64,000 bases of DNA from Thecamonas trahens ATCC 50062 (lineage: Eukaryota; Protista; Apusomonadida): contig NW_013657653.1 in the NCBI RefSeq assembly GCF_000142905.1, positions 1-64,000 on the forward strand. Direction: 5' to 3'. Of this stretch, positions 55,325-64,000 are shown one piece after another. Made by a program: the position numbers and the translations under genes. The notes beneath the pieces are model-generated. The model ran no database searches. It had not been told where the DNA came from and saw only the letters and a program-made list of their open reading frames with translations. How positions within the stretch are numbered: the first letter of the stretch is position 1; each line of letters opens with the position of its first letter.

Positions 55325-55942
55325 TCAGTTGCTGCTGTTGTTGCTGTTGTTCCCGCTGCCGTCGCCGATAAAGATGACATCGTCTGGCAGCGAAGTGACC
55401 TTTGAGCCGACCGACTCGAGCAGAGCCTTGACCTTGTCGTTCGAGTCCGCCTGTGAGAGCAGCGAGGTGACGTGATCGGGGATGTGAGCGGTTGCGGCCT
55501 CGAGCTCTGCCTCCTCCTTCTTGTACGCCTCGATGTCGTCAGCAAACGGGTGGACATCGTCCGGAAAGACAAAGAGCGAGCGGTTGAACCTCTTCCGGTC
55601 CTTTGTCTTGGGCAACATGCCAAGGACAGCCTTGCGGACGACATCATCGGGCGCCGCGTCAAAGACGGTCCTCATGGTAGCCTTCTTGAGACCGCCAGCA
55701 TACTGCGTATGCCACACATACTCCTTGGAGTCAAGCTTCTTGTCCGAGAGTGCAAGATGCCGGGCATTGAGCACAAGCACATAATCACCAGGCGTCTGAG
55801 AAGCATGATACGTAGGCTTGTCCTTGCCACTCAGCAGACGGGCCACCTTGACCGCCATCCGTCCAAGCGACTCGCCCGAGGCATCCACAACATGCCACCG
55901 CTTAGGCGCACGCGCAGCAAGCTGAGCAACACGAAGTGCCAT
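55325..55942 (-). CDS. MRPL13: Mitochondrial ribosomal protein uL13m
   Basis: WHVVDASGESLGRMAVKVARLLSGKDKPTYH...GDYVLVLNA, HTQYAGGLK and RKAVLGMLPK. Confidence 0.93.
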   Translation of the reverse strand: MALRVAQLAARAPKRWHVVDASGESLGRMAVKVARLLSGKDKPTYHASQTPGDYVLVLNARHLALSDKKLDSKEYVWHTQYAGGLKKATMRTVFDAAPDDVVRKAVLGMLPKTKDRKRFNRSLFVFPDDVHPFADDIEAYKKEEAELEAATAHIPDHVTSLLSQADSNDKVKALLESVGSKVTSLPDDVIFIGDGSGNNSNNSSN

Positions 55943-56706
55943 TCCCCTTGTGCTACTCTTGGTACACTGGGTTCCACAGTGCGGTGTTCCGTCTTCTCGC
56001 TCGCGGTTGCAAAGAGAGGGTGCCGGCGGGGTGGGGACGAGGGGCCGGACGGTGGGCGACTGCCGGCGGGTGGCGGGCGGTGGGCGACTGCCGGCGGCGG
56101 CGGCCGGCGGCGGCGGCCGGGCGGGCGGCGGGCGTCGGTGGGGCGGCGGGCCGGCGGGCGGCTGGCGGGCTGTTGGGTCGTCGATGGTCGATGGGGGAAG
56201 TGAAACAGCGGTGATCGGAGGAATCAGGGGACGGGGGAGGAATCAGGCGCGGGGGGGGAAGAATCAGGCGCGGGGGGGGGGGGGGGGGGGTCGGGCTTAT
56301 CGCTCGCTGTCACCCGATCACTCACTGTGACTCGGCAAACGTTGGCGGAGCTGTCGGGTTGGTCGGCGACAGGTCGGCGACAGGTCGGCGACAGGTTGGG
56401 GGGTTGGAGGGAAACACTTAACCTGCTGTAGCGAGGGCGCTATGGGTAACAGAAACTCAAATGAGGGTACGCATACATAGTCGAATGTACTCTATCTGTT
56501 TGTGTCATTTTGATACCTCTTCCCCTCTTCTTCCGTCCGCTACGTGAGCTGCCGTGTACGGCAGCTCGGAGCAGGGCGTTGTTCTGCTGAACAGGCGAGG
56601 GAGGGGAAGGGAGGGGATGGGGATCGCCATGGAGCGAACCACACTTGACCACACTCAACCACACTCATATCTCGGTAATCTTCATAATCCTTGTTAATGA
56701 TCCTTC

Positions 56707-57291
56707 ATGCCATGGCCGCTCTCCTCGACATACCGCTTCATCCCGCCGTCATGGATCGATGTTGGTTGGGTCGTCCGCACGATGTGCGCACGTGCTCTGC
56801 CGCCGGGGAGTCGAACAGCGAACCAGTTCCTCATCAATGTCCGTGGGAGAGTGACCGAGGACACCAAGGCGCAGATCGTGACGGCTGTTGGTGTTGATCT
56901 CGGACCTTACATGCGGCTGCCAGACTATCCGACCGCCTTTCTTGTCTGGGCGTCCAAGGATCAGGCCGAAGCTGCCAAGCATCTCGCCTGTGTCTCAAAA
57001 GTCGGCGTGTATGAGGGCAAATACAAGGCCGGCAACCTACGGATCGAAGACGTCGCCGATGACGAGCCCATTGACCTCGTTGTCAAGATCGATCACGCCC
57101 ACACCACCGAGCAGGTCCTCGCAGAGTGGGAGGACGAGGGCGCAGAGCATCATGCCTCGTCGGTTGCTGCCTGCGGCGACGACAAGATCGCCATCACTGT
57201 GCCCGGTCGCTACGTCGCAGACTTTGTCACCTGGCTTCGCTCGGAGCCGCACTGCCACTACATCGAGCGCAAGGCCCGCTACCGGCTCTAG
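56707..57291 (+). CDS. Hypothetical protein resembling a stand-alone subtilase (KP-43/Tag-type) propeptide
   Basis: Coding-like codon bias from about 56820. QFLINVRG...GPY...AFLVWA...VSKVGVYEGKYK...WLRSEPHCHYIE pattern. Start uncertain. Confidence 0.6.
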   Translation: MPWPLSSTYRFIPPSWIDVGWVVRTMCARALPPGSRTANQFLINVRGRVTEDTKAQIVTAVGVDLGPYMRLPDYPTAFLVWASKDQAEAAKHLACVSKVGVYEGKYKAGNLRIEDVADDEPIDLVVKIDHAHTTEQVLAEWEDEGAEHHASSVAACGDDKIAITVPGRYVADFVTWLRSEPHCHYIERKARYRL

Positions 57292-57336
57292 ACTCTCTGT
57301 CGCTTAAAAGTCGCAGTCCTTTACCGCGCCGAGCTG

Positions 57337-59720
57337 CTACAGCAGCGAGAACGGGTTCGCCGCTCCGCTACCGCTTCCGCCGCTTCCGCCACCGCCAGCC
57401 GGGCTCTCCGCAAACGGGTTCGCCAGCCCGTTCCAGATCGACGGCTCGATGACGTTGCTCACCACCGGGCCATCGACGCCTGATCCCGCTGTCGGGGCCA
57501 GCGGCGCGTGCAGCGGCGCCTGCAAGTCCGCCGCAAAGTTGGTGCTCACAGCTGGTGTCCCTCTGGTCTCAAACATGCCGGCAAACGGATCAGATGCCAT
57601 GGGTGGTGGTGCTGCCGCCGCGCTGCTGTCGCCGCCCCCGCCGCTAAACGGGTTGCCTCCCGCCGCAAACGGATTGTCGTCGCCGCCGCTTCCGGCCATC
57701 CCGTCCGCCGCGCCGCTGCTGCCACCTCCAACCATCTCGTGCATCTGTGCGTGCAGCGACGAGCTCTCGCGGAGCTCATCGCGCCGCGCGCTGCGGACCG
57801 AGCCCAGCACACCCTCGAGTCGGGCCATCGCTGCGTCGAACGAGCTCAGCGTGTGCGCCTCGGCCATCGCAAGCTTAAGCAGCTGGGGCACCACAAGAGT
57901 GCCGACCGCCTGCGGCGGAAGGCTCTTTCCCACCTCGAGGTAGACGCGCTCGATGGCGGCAACCAGCGGGGCATCGCTGAGCGCGCCGCCGCACACCTCC
58001 TCCAGCAGCGGGATGAGCGTCGAGCTCACCACCCCGGCGTCAAGAAGCGGGGCCAGCTGCGCAAGCGCGCCGAGCGCTGGGGCGCGCAGCACGGCATGCG
58101 GGCCGTTGATGAGGTTGGCGACCCGCGGCACAACGCCACGCGTGAGCTCGGCGTAAGGAATAGTCGGCGCAACCAGCGCAAGGTCGCTCAGCGCAGCACC
58201 GATGACCTCGGCCCCGCCACGACCGCCGTCAAGACAGGCGAGGAGAAACGGAACCAGCTCGTTCGTCACAAACTCGTCCGGTACCAGATCGAGCCACATC
58301 GAGAGCTGCTGTAGGAGCACGAGCGGAACCGCAGGCGGAGTCGCCAGCGGTAACGCGTGCTTGGAGAGGCCCGGCAGGACGGTGGCGTACACAAGCGTCT
58401 TGGAGATCTTGGGTGCAAGGACGGCCAGGTTTGGAAGGAGGAATGGAACCATGAGCGGCTCGCGGAGCTCACGGACTAGAACCGGACACACTCGCAGCTC
58501 CAGAATCCGGATCGGCAGCGTGTTGATCATGCCGGCCAGGCCCTTGAAAACGAGGCCTTGGACGAGTTGCTCTTCTCCAGAATGTGATCGACGTAGCGGA
58601 CTGCCTTGACGGCTGTGCTGGTAAAGGCCGGGCTCGCCACAAAGGCAACCAGTGAGGCCCGAGCCGCTACCTGCGGCGCAAGCATCTGGGTCCACACGCT
58701 CCGAATCTCGGCCGGCAGCGCCTGCGCCAGCGATGGCAAGCTGCCCGGCAGGTTCCGGAGCCACTGGCCGTACGTCAGCGTACTGGCCCCATGCTGCGCA
58801 AACCGCGCCCCACCCGACGTGCTGCGGTCGGTAGCGAGAACCTCATACGCCAGCGCCGCCAGCGCAAACACGTCCGACGCCGGCCCGCCGGTCCCGTACT
58901 CGCTGCCAAGCACGACTTCGGGTGCAGCGTAGTCGAGATCCGGCATGAGCCACGGCTCGTCCGGCCGCCCGCCGTCCCACGCCGTCGACGGACCGGCTGA
59001 TCCGCTGCTTGCCGCAGACTTGCGCTTAAAGCCAAAGAACGACGACGACGACGACGATGCTGGAGGCGCAGCTGCCGTCACCGAGCCGTAGCCGACATGC
59101 TGCGAGAAAGAAAAGCCAAACAGCCGCCACACACCATCGGCGCAGAGGTACACGTTGTACGGTGAGAGATTGCCGTGGACAAGCTTGCCCTGGGTGTGAA
59201 GAAACGAGAGCGCGTCCGAGAGGTTGGCCAGGCCGAGGATGGCTTCGAGCGGCTCCAGGTCCATCTTGACCAGATGACCAGGGATGCCGTCGAGGCCCTC
59301 AAAGCGATGCAAGCAATTCGCAAGAGAGGCAAAGATAGGAACCGAGGTAAAGGCCAGGTACTGCCTCGTCTCATCAAGAACGCGGAGGACAGGCAAGATG
59401 GCCGGATGGCAGAGGAGCGAGGCCTTTGTGATCGAGGTCCTCAACAGATCCACAACACGAGAAGTAGCCGACTTGGAGTGCGATTCAGCAAAGGCCTTCT
59501 TATCAAAGACAAACAGCGAGACTGCGCCTCGTCCGAGTATGCGACCATCCGGGCCAAGAGCAACCAAAGTCGAACCAGCATGTGCGCCACCACTACCGCC
59601 ACTTGGGCCACCGCCCGCATCACCCTTTGGCACGGCAGAGAAGATCTTCCAAAGTCCGAATGGCCCTCCAGACCCGACCTGTGGCCCCACATCATAGTCC
59701 TTGGCAATGCCGTTGCCCAT
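57337..59720 (-). CDS. SCY1-like pseudokinase (SCYL2/CVAK104-like) with HEAT repeats and NPF-rich tail; frameshift at about 58547-58550
   Basis: GGPFGLWKIFSA, SLFVFDKK, FASLAN, VHGNLSPYNVY...WRLFGF and PDLDYAAPE. A one-T correction gives KASFFKGLAGM. NPF/DPF motifs at the C-terminus. Confidence 0.88.
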
Positions 59721-59902
59721 GTCTCTCCTCGCCACCCAACTGCTGGAGACGTCTGTCCGCCTCTCCGTCTCCGCTGCTGACTGGCGCATCACCACCACCG
59801 CACCATTTGCTTCGGTTTCGCTGACACCATCAGTACAAAGACATCGTCACCGGCATGGAAAGTATGAGGGATGGGGATGGGTGGGGAACCCCAGGGCAGA
59901 GT

Positions 59903-61476
59903 TTACGTCGACCGCGAGGTGGAGACGAAATAGACAAAGCCGGCACCGCCGACAACGGAGGCGACGTAGTTGCCGGTCGGGGTGAGCGAGGCGAACAGGT
60001 AGTAGGCGAAGAAGAGGAAGACGGCGTAGAAGAACGCGTTGTTGTACAGGATGGCGTACGACAGCGCCTCCGACGACGAGTTGGAGCGGAGCTCGTGCTC
60101 GAGCTGAGCACGGATCTCGGGCGTGAGCTTGCCGACGCTCTTGATCCGGGCGTTGGTGATCGTCGAGCCGCGCTTGGAGATGAGGCTGTGATGGAGAAGC
60201 AGATTAGGCCAGAGGTGAGTGACGCGAAGGGAGGGGAGGCATGGGAGACTTGGCGCCATCTGCTGCCAGATGGCGCCATGCTGCTGGTACGCCTGTCGGT
60301 GCCAAAGAAAGGCCGCGCACAGCCGCGATCGTCCCACACGCAAGTGCGGGTCGAGCGAGCGCACGGCAGATCGAGGAGACCGAGCAAGACAAAGTCGAGT
60401 TGAGAAGACAGATGATGGAGGGGAGAGGGAAAGGGGGAAGGAGGAGGGATATATGGCGTACTCACCAAAGATCTTCGTGGCCGAGTTACCCATGGCCATG
60501 GAGAGGATGACAGCAGCGACGAGGGTGACGACACCAAAGACAGGGGCGTACTGCTCGACATCCATGTCAAACACAGTATGATAGAGGTCTGTAGCAGGAG
60601 AGAGGGGAGAGAGGGGCGGTGATGGCGGGGAGATGGCGGGGAGGAGGTGAGGCGCAAGCCCAACAACCGATGCCACACACACACACACACAGAGAAAGAG
60701 AGAGAGAGACGCCGACATACACGCCGACACAGACACAGACGCCGACACAGACAGACGTAGCCAGACACAAGCACATAGCATCCACATTGTGAGTTCATAT
60801 CTCCACCACCACATGCACACACTCTCTTCATCCACATATGCATATCATCAAAAAAATAAAGGTATCATCACTCCCCTCCTTGTCCCTCGCTAGCCACCTT
60901 GTGCGAGACTGGTCGCATGGGGAGGGTGGTGGTGGCTGGTGGCTGGTCGTCGTCGGTCGGTGTCGGTCGGCCCGTCGGTCGGTCGGTCGATCCCCAGGCA
61001 TGTTCGCATGCAACTGGCAGTGTCTCTAGAGGGCATATAAGAAGAAGGAGAGACAAAGAAGAGCAAGCATACATGGTAATCAAGGCTACTACCATGTAGA
61101 CTTGGTGCTACCTAGTCAGAGCAAGTACTACCATGCGTGGTAGAGGTGGCGCAAGGCAGAGGTAAAAGTGGTCATATTTTTGCTGAAACGGCTCGGCCCC
61201 ACAAAGGGAGTGGCAATGGTGCCAGATCTCGTTCGACTTGATTGATACTTTTGGTTGGAGGGGCCAAGGCGCGGGGAGGAGGGGAGGGGGCGGGGGGGGG
61301 GGGGGGGCGGTGGCAGGTGGTTGACTCACATGGGTATGGAGAAGAAGAGAAGGAAAGTTATGTTTGGAGGAGATAGTGTACGTACAGACAGGAAGGGCAC
61401 AGGCAAAGGCAGAGTTCAGGACAAACACAACACGCTGGAAGGTAGACACATCCTTCGAAGATCCGATCGAGCTCAT
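59903..61476 (-). CDS. SSR3: Translocon-associated protein gamma; exons 61476..61386, 60588..60462, 60185..59903 (166 aa)
   Basis: Spliced product: MSSIGSSKDVSTFQRVVFVLNSAFACALPVYLYHTVFDMDVEQYAPVFGVVTLV...EALSYAILYNNAFF...NYVASVVGGAGFVYFVST, matching the four-TM TRAP-gamma pattern. Both introns use GTACG donors and keep the frame. Confidence 0.85.
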
Positions 61477-62064
61477 GCTTTGGTGGTCAACAGTCGAGTG
61501 TGTCCGTCCTACTTTGCCCGTCCCCCGAACCGCCCACCGCCGACTGGCGACCTCCGCCGACTGGCGACCACCGATTGACGGCCTCCACTCCAACTCACAC
61601 CGCCCACCGCCGACCGCTACCCGCCAACTACCACTCCCGGTAACTGCTGGCTCGAGACAGTTATGAAAGAGCGTCATCGCATATGATAGGTTGTCTGATG
61701 TGGCGTCTTTGCCTGGTTCTTCATTGAAGCCATCGCCATCGCCATCACCATCGCCATCAATTGCTCCTGCAACGGGGAGACGGAGATGGAAGAGGCAACG
61801 TTGTCGACGATGGAGCATATCGCGCATTGAACACAGGGGTGAGACAGGATAGTGATGGATGGGATCACGAGTTTGAGTACAAAAGACCTTCCAGCCGATG
61901 AGAGGGCGAGTCGGGATCAGGCGAGTCGGGGGCGGGCGAGACGGGCCGAGCTGGGCAGCGAGACGAACCGTGGCGGCAGGCACCTGCCTGCCTGGGCACC
62001 ACCCAACGAGCACACGTGACGCATTTCGGGGCGGAAAAGGTGGCAAGGCGAAAAGCAAGAGTAT

Positions 62065-63807
62065 ATGTCGTCTGTGACTGGTGTCGAGGTGGACTTTATT
62101 CCGGTGCTTGGTCTGCTTGGTGGGCTTGAGTATGTGCACACCTTTTGCGGACGGTTGCACTCGGCTATCTCAGCCACTCTGGCGCAGAGGGAAGTGGTGC
62201 AGGATGCTCTGATCTTCCTCTCCTCGGCAGACATTCCCTACCGCTTCTCGCAAGCCACTCTCTGTCCGCCGTCTGGGCCGCCGCTTGTCACCGATCACAA
62301 CACTGATAGCGACACCAACACCGATCACAGGCCCAACCACGACTCCGACTCTAACCCGCACCCCGATCCCAACTCATCCAACGCATCCAGCACATCCAAC
62401 TTGTCCGCGCCTTTGGTCGCAATCCCACGCCCACCACCGGACACATCACTGCTGCACACCAAGGTGACGATCGCCAACGGAGAACTCCCCGAGGAGGAGC
62501 AGCTCGATGAGGGCGGGCTCGCCGAGCTGTACGGCGACTTGCATCTACGCAACTTCTTTGCCCTCGCCAGCATCGACATTCCTCCGCATGTGGTACTTGC
62601 CGAGGCGCAAAACCTTGAGTATGCGTTTCGCACAACTGTTGCCACTTCCAAGCCCGAGAGCGGCGGCACCCGGGTCGCCATCTCCACTGGCGCTGTCTTC
62701 TCGGCCTTCTTTGCTGGCCAGTGGCTGCAAGCCTTCTTTGCCGCCCTCATCGCGCTCGCCTCGGATCCAACCGTCTCCAACGACGACATCCTCACTGCGC
62801 TCCGCCTCCAGTTCCCCACCCTCACCATGGTGCTCACCAGGGTCATCGACGTGCCGAACATGACGTTCTTTGACGACAAGGTCGAGATCCGCGGCCCATC
62901 CGCTGTTGTCCTTCCAGGCTCGCAGAATCCTGTCCCGGTCCGGAAGATCCGCATCACTGCCCCGTTTGACCACAAGGCCATGCGCAAGTTCTATCCGCAG
63001 CTCTCGCGGCTGCTCAAGTGGCTCGTCTCGCTCCGGGTGCGCGTGGTCGACAAGGCCGCCCCGAGCCAGCTAGCCTCGGTCTATGCCTTTGACTCGGCCA
63101 AGCAGGTATTCTCGTTTGAGGGCTATGTCGCCGGCGATCAGCTGCTATGGATAGAGACTGCCGGCGGGCCCGCTGTGGCGCCCGCCGATCCCGAGCCCCG
63201 TCTCGCCGCCTCGGGCACCGTCATTGCCAACGCCCGGTGCTTCGACCTTGCCTTTCCGCCACACCAGGAGCTCGCTCTGTTCATGGACATGCAGATGACT
63301 GTCTGGGGCTTCAACGTCCTCCAGCTTCCCGTCGTTGGTATGGAGCTTCTCACCTCGCCTGACAACCCCAGCTGCGCCGAGCTCACCGTCGTCTCGGTTA
63401 CCAACCCGACGTCGACGCTCAAGCTCTTCTCATGGCTCCTCTCACTCTCGGAGCTCTACGATGAGCTCATCCGCACCTTTTCCCTCCGCGTCTTTATCGG
63501 CAATCGGACGCTGCCGCCCAATATCACCGCCGTCACCAAGGCTTCCGACACCGCCAACGCCGCCGACGCCGCCAACGCCGCCGATGCGGCTTCGTCAGCG
63601 GCAACCGACGGGTGGATCGGCTTTGCCGGGCCGAACCAATTCGCCTTTCTCCTCACCGTCGCCTTCCCGCTCAAGCTCGTCACTCGGGTGCTCTCGCACA
63701 TTTGGGACAAGTTTGTCAAAAAGTACACGTGGGTCGACATCCTCGCCTTTGCGAGCGACACGCTCAACGCATTTGTTTCGGACCTCGGCGTGGTCATGGC
63801 CCTGTAG
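62065..63807 (+). CDS. Hypothetical protein (580 aa)
   Basis: Long ORF with the genome's C/G-ending codon bias and globular-like composition. No family recognised. Confidence 0.75.
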   Translation: MSSVTGVEVDFIPVLGLLGGLEYVHTFCGRLHSAISATLAQREVVQDALIFLSSADIPYRFSQATLCPPSGPPLVTDHNTDSDTNTDHRPNHDSDSNPHPDPNSSNASSTSNLSAPLVAIPRPPPDTSLLHTKVTIANGELPEEEQLDEGGLAELYGDLHLRNFFALASIDIPPHVVLAEAQNLEYAFRTTVATSKPESGGTRVAISTGAVFSAFFAGQWLQAFFAALIALASDPTVSNDDILTALRLQFPTLTMVLTRVIDVPNMTFFDDKVEIRGPSAVVLPGSQNPVPVRKIRITAPFDHKAMRKFYPQLSRLLKWLVSLRVRVVDKAAPSQLASVYAFDSAKQVFSFEGYVAGDQLLWIETAGGPAVAPADPEPRLAASGTVIANARCFDLAFPPHQELALFMDMQMTVWGFNVLQLPVVGMELLTSPDNPSCAELTVVSVTNPTSTLKLFSWLLSLSELYDELIRTFSLRVFIGNRTLPPNITAVTKASDTANAADAANAADAASSAATDGWIGFAGPNQFAFLLTVAFPLKLVTRVLSHIWDKFVKKYTWVDILAFASDTLNAFVSDLGVVMAL

Positions 63808-63859
63808 GCAGCGGCGGTGCGAGGCATTGCATGTGTGTTTGTTGCTTGCGCTGGCGCCA

Positions 63860-64000
63860 TCAGAACCGTACTCTGCGGACCTCGCCGCGCTCCGGATCGC
63901 CGACGCCGCCCGAGGCGAACTCGTCGAGCGGCAGCGTCGAGGCCAGCAGCTCGACGCCGACGTCGTCCGAGTTGATGGGCGAGCGGACGGCCGACGGTGC
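63860..64000 (-). CDS. 3' end of a gene extending beyond the window (...GDPERGEVRRVRF*)
   Basis: Open frame with coding-type codon bias from the window edge to TGA at 63860-63862, convergent with the upstream gene. Confidence 0.55.
   Translation of the reverse strand, partial: APSAVRSPINSDDVGVELLASTLPLDEFASGGVGDPERGEVRRVRF

Noticed and set aside
4581-58550. Calling the frameshifted genes pseudogenes, or explaining the shifts by tiny introns
   Set aside because: Both halves keep conserved motifs and codon bias with no other decay, and several genes are essential (RPN1). I saw no convincing GTAC...AG micro-intron at the sites, and one added base restores the conserved residues.
59830-62160. 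ORFs 59903..60835 and 61108..62160 as complete genes
   Set aside because: Each contains only parts of SSR3 plus read-through of intron or upstream sequence; the three-exon model explains the conserved segments.
1-64000. rRNA, tRNA, prophage or other prokaryotic systems
   Set aside because: No recognisable rRNA or tRNA signatures by eye (a tRNAscan/Infernal run would be needed to exclude small RNAs). The telomere, introns and gene content are eukaryotic.

Overview
This is the end of a eukaryotic chromosome. It starts with about 220 bp of (CCCTAA)n telomere and about 1.9 kb of low-complexity subtelomere, followed by a very compact, GC-rich, intron-poor run of about 28 protein-coding genes with one assembly gap (54157-54521). 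The gene content points to a flagellated unicellular eukaryote: STIL, LRRCC1/VFL1, a KIF27/7-type kinesin, an AMT1-type 6mA methylase and a Zn2Cys6 transcription factor. An apusomonad such as Thecamonas would fit, but that is inference. Housekeeping genes I recognise are NOP14, SHMT, POLE2, RPN1, TRM7, PCBD, QDPR, uL13m, SSR3, a MARK-type kinase, SCYL2 and RNFT. Ten spliceosomal introns could be reconstructed by hand, and all have GTAC donors. Eight single-base-deletion frameshifts split otherwise intact genes, most likely from homopolymer sequencing errors. The most interesting candidates are: (1) an apparent single-chain K+ channel with four pore domains (8TM/4P); (2) a BARD1/BRCA1-like RING-BRCT protein with a RAMA-like (putative 6mA-reader) domain, 13 kb from an AMT1 6mA DNA methyltransferase; (3) a RasGEF carrying a SARAH-like helix; (4) a full-architecture STIL in a protist; (5) both BH4-recycling enzymes 5.6 kb apart. 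All family assignments come from recognising motifs by eye, not from database searches.
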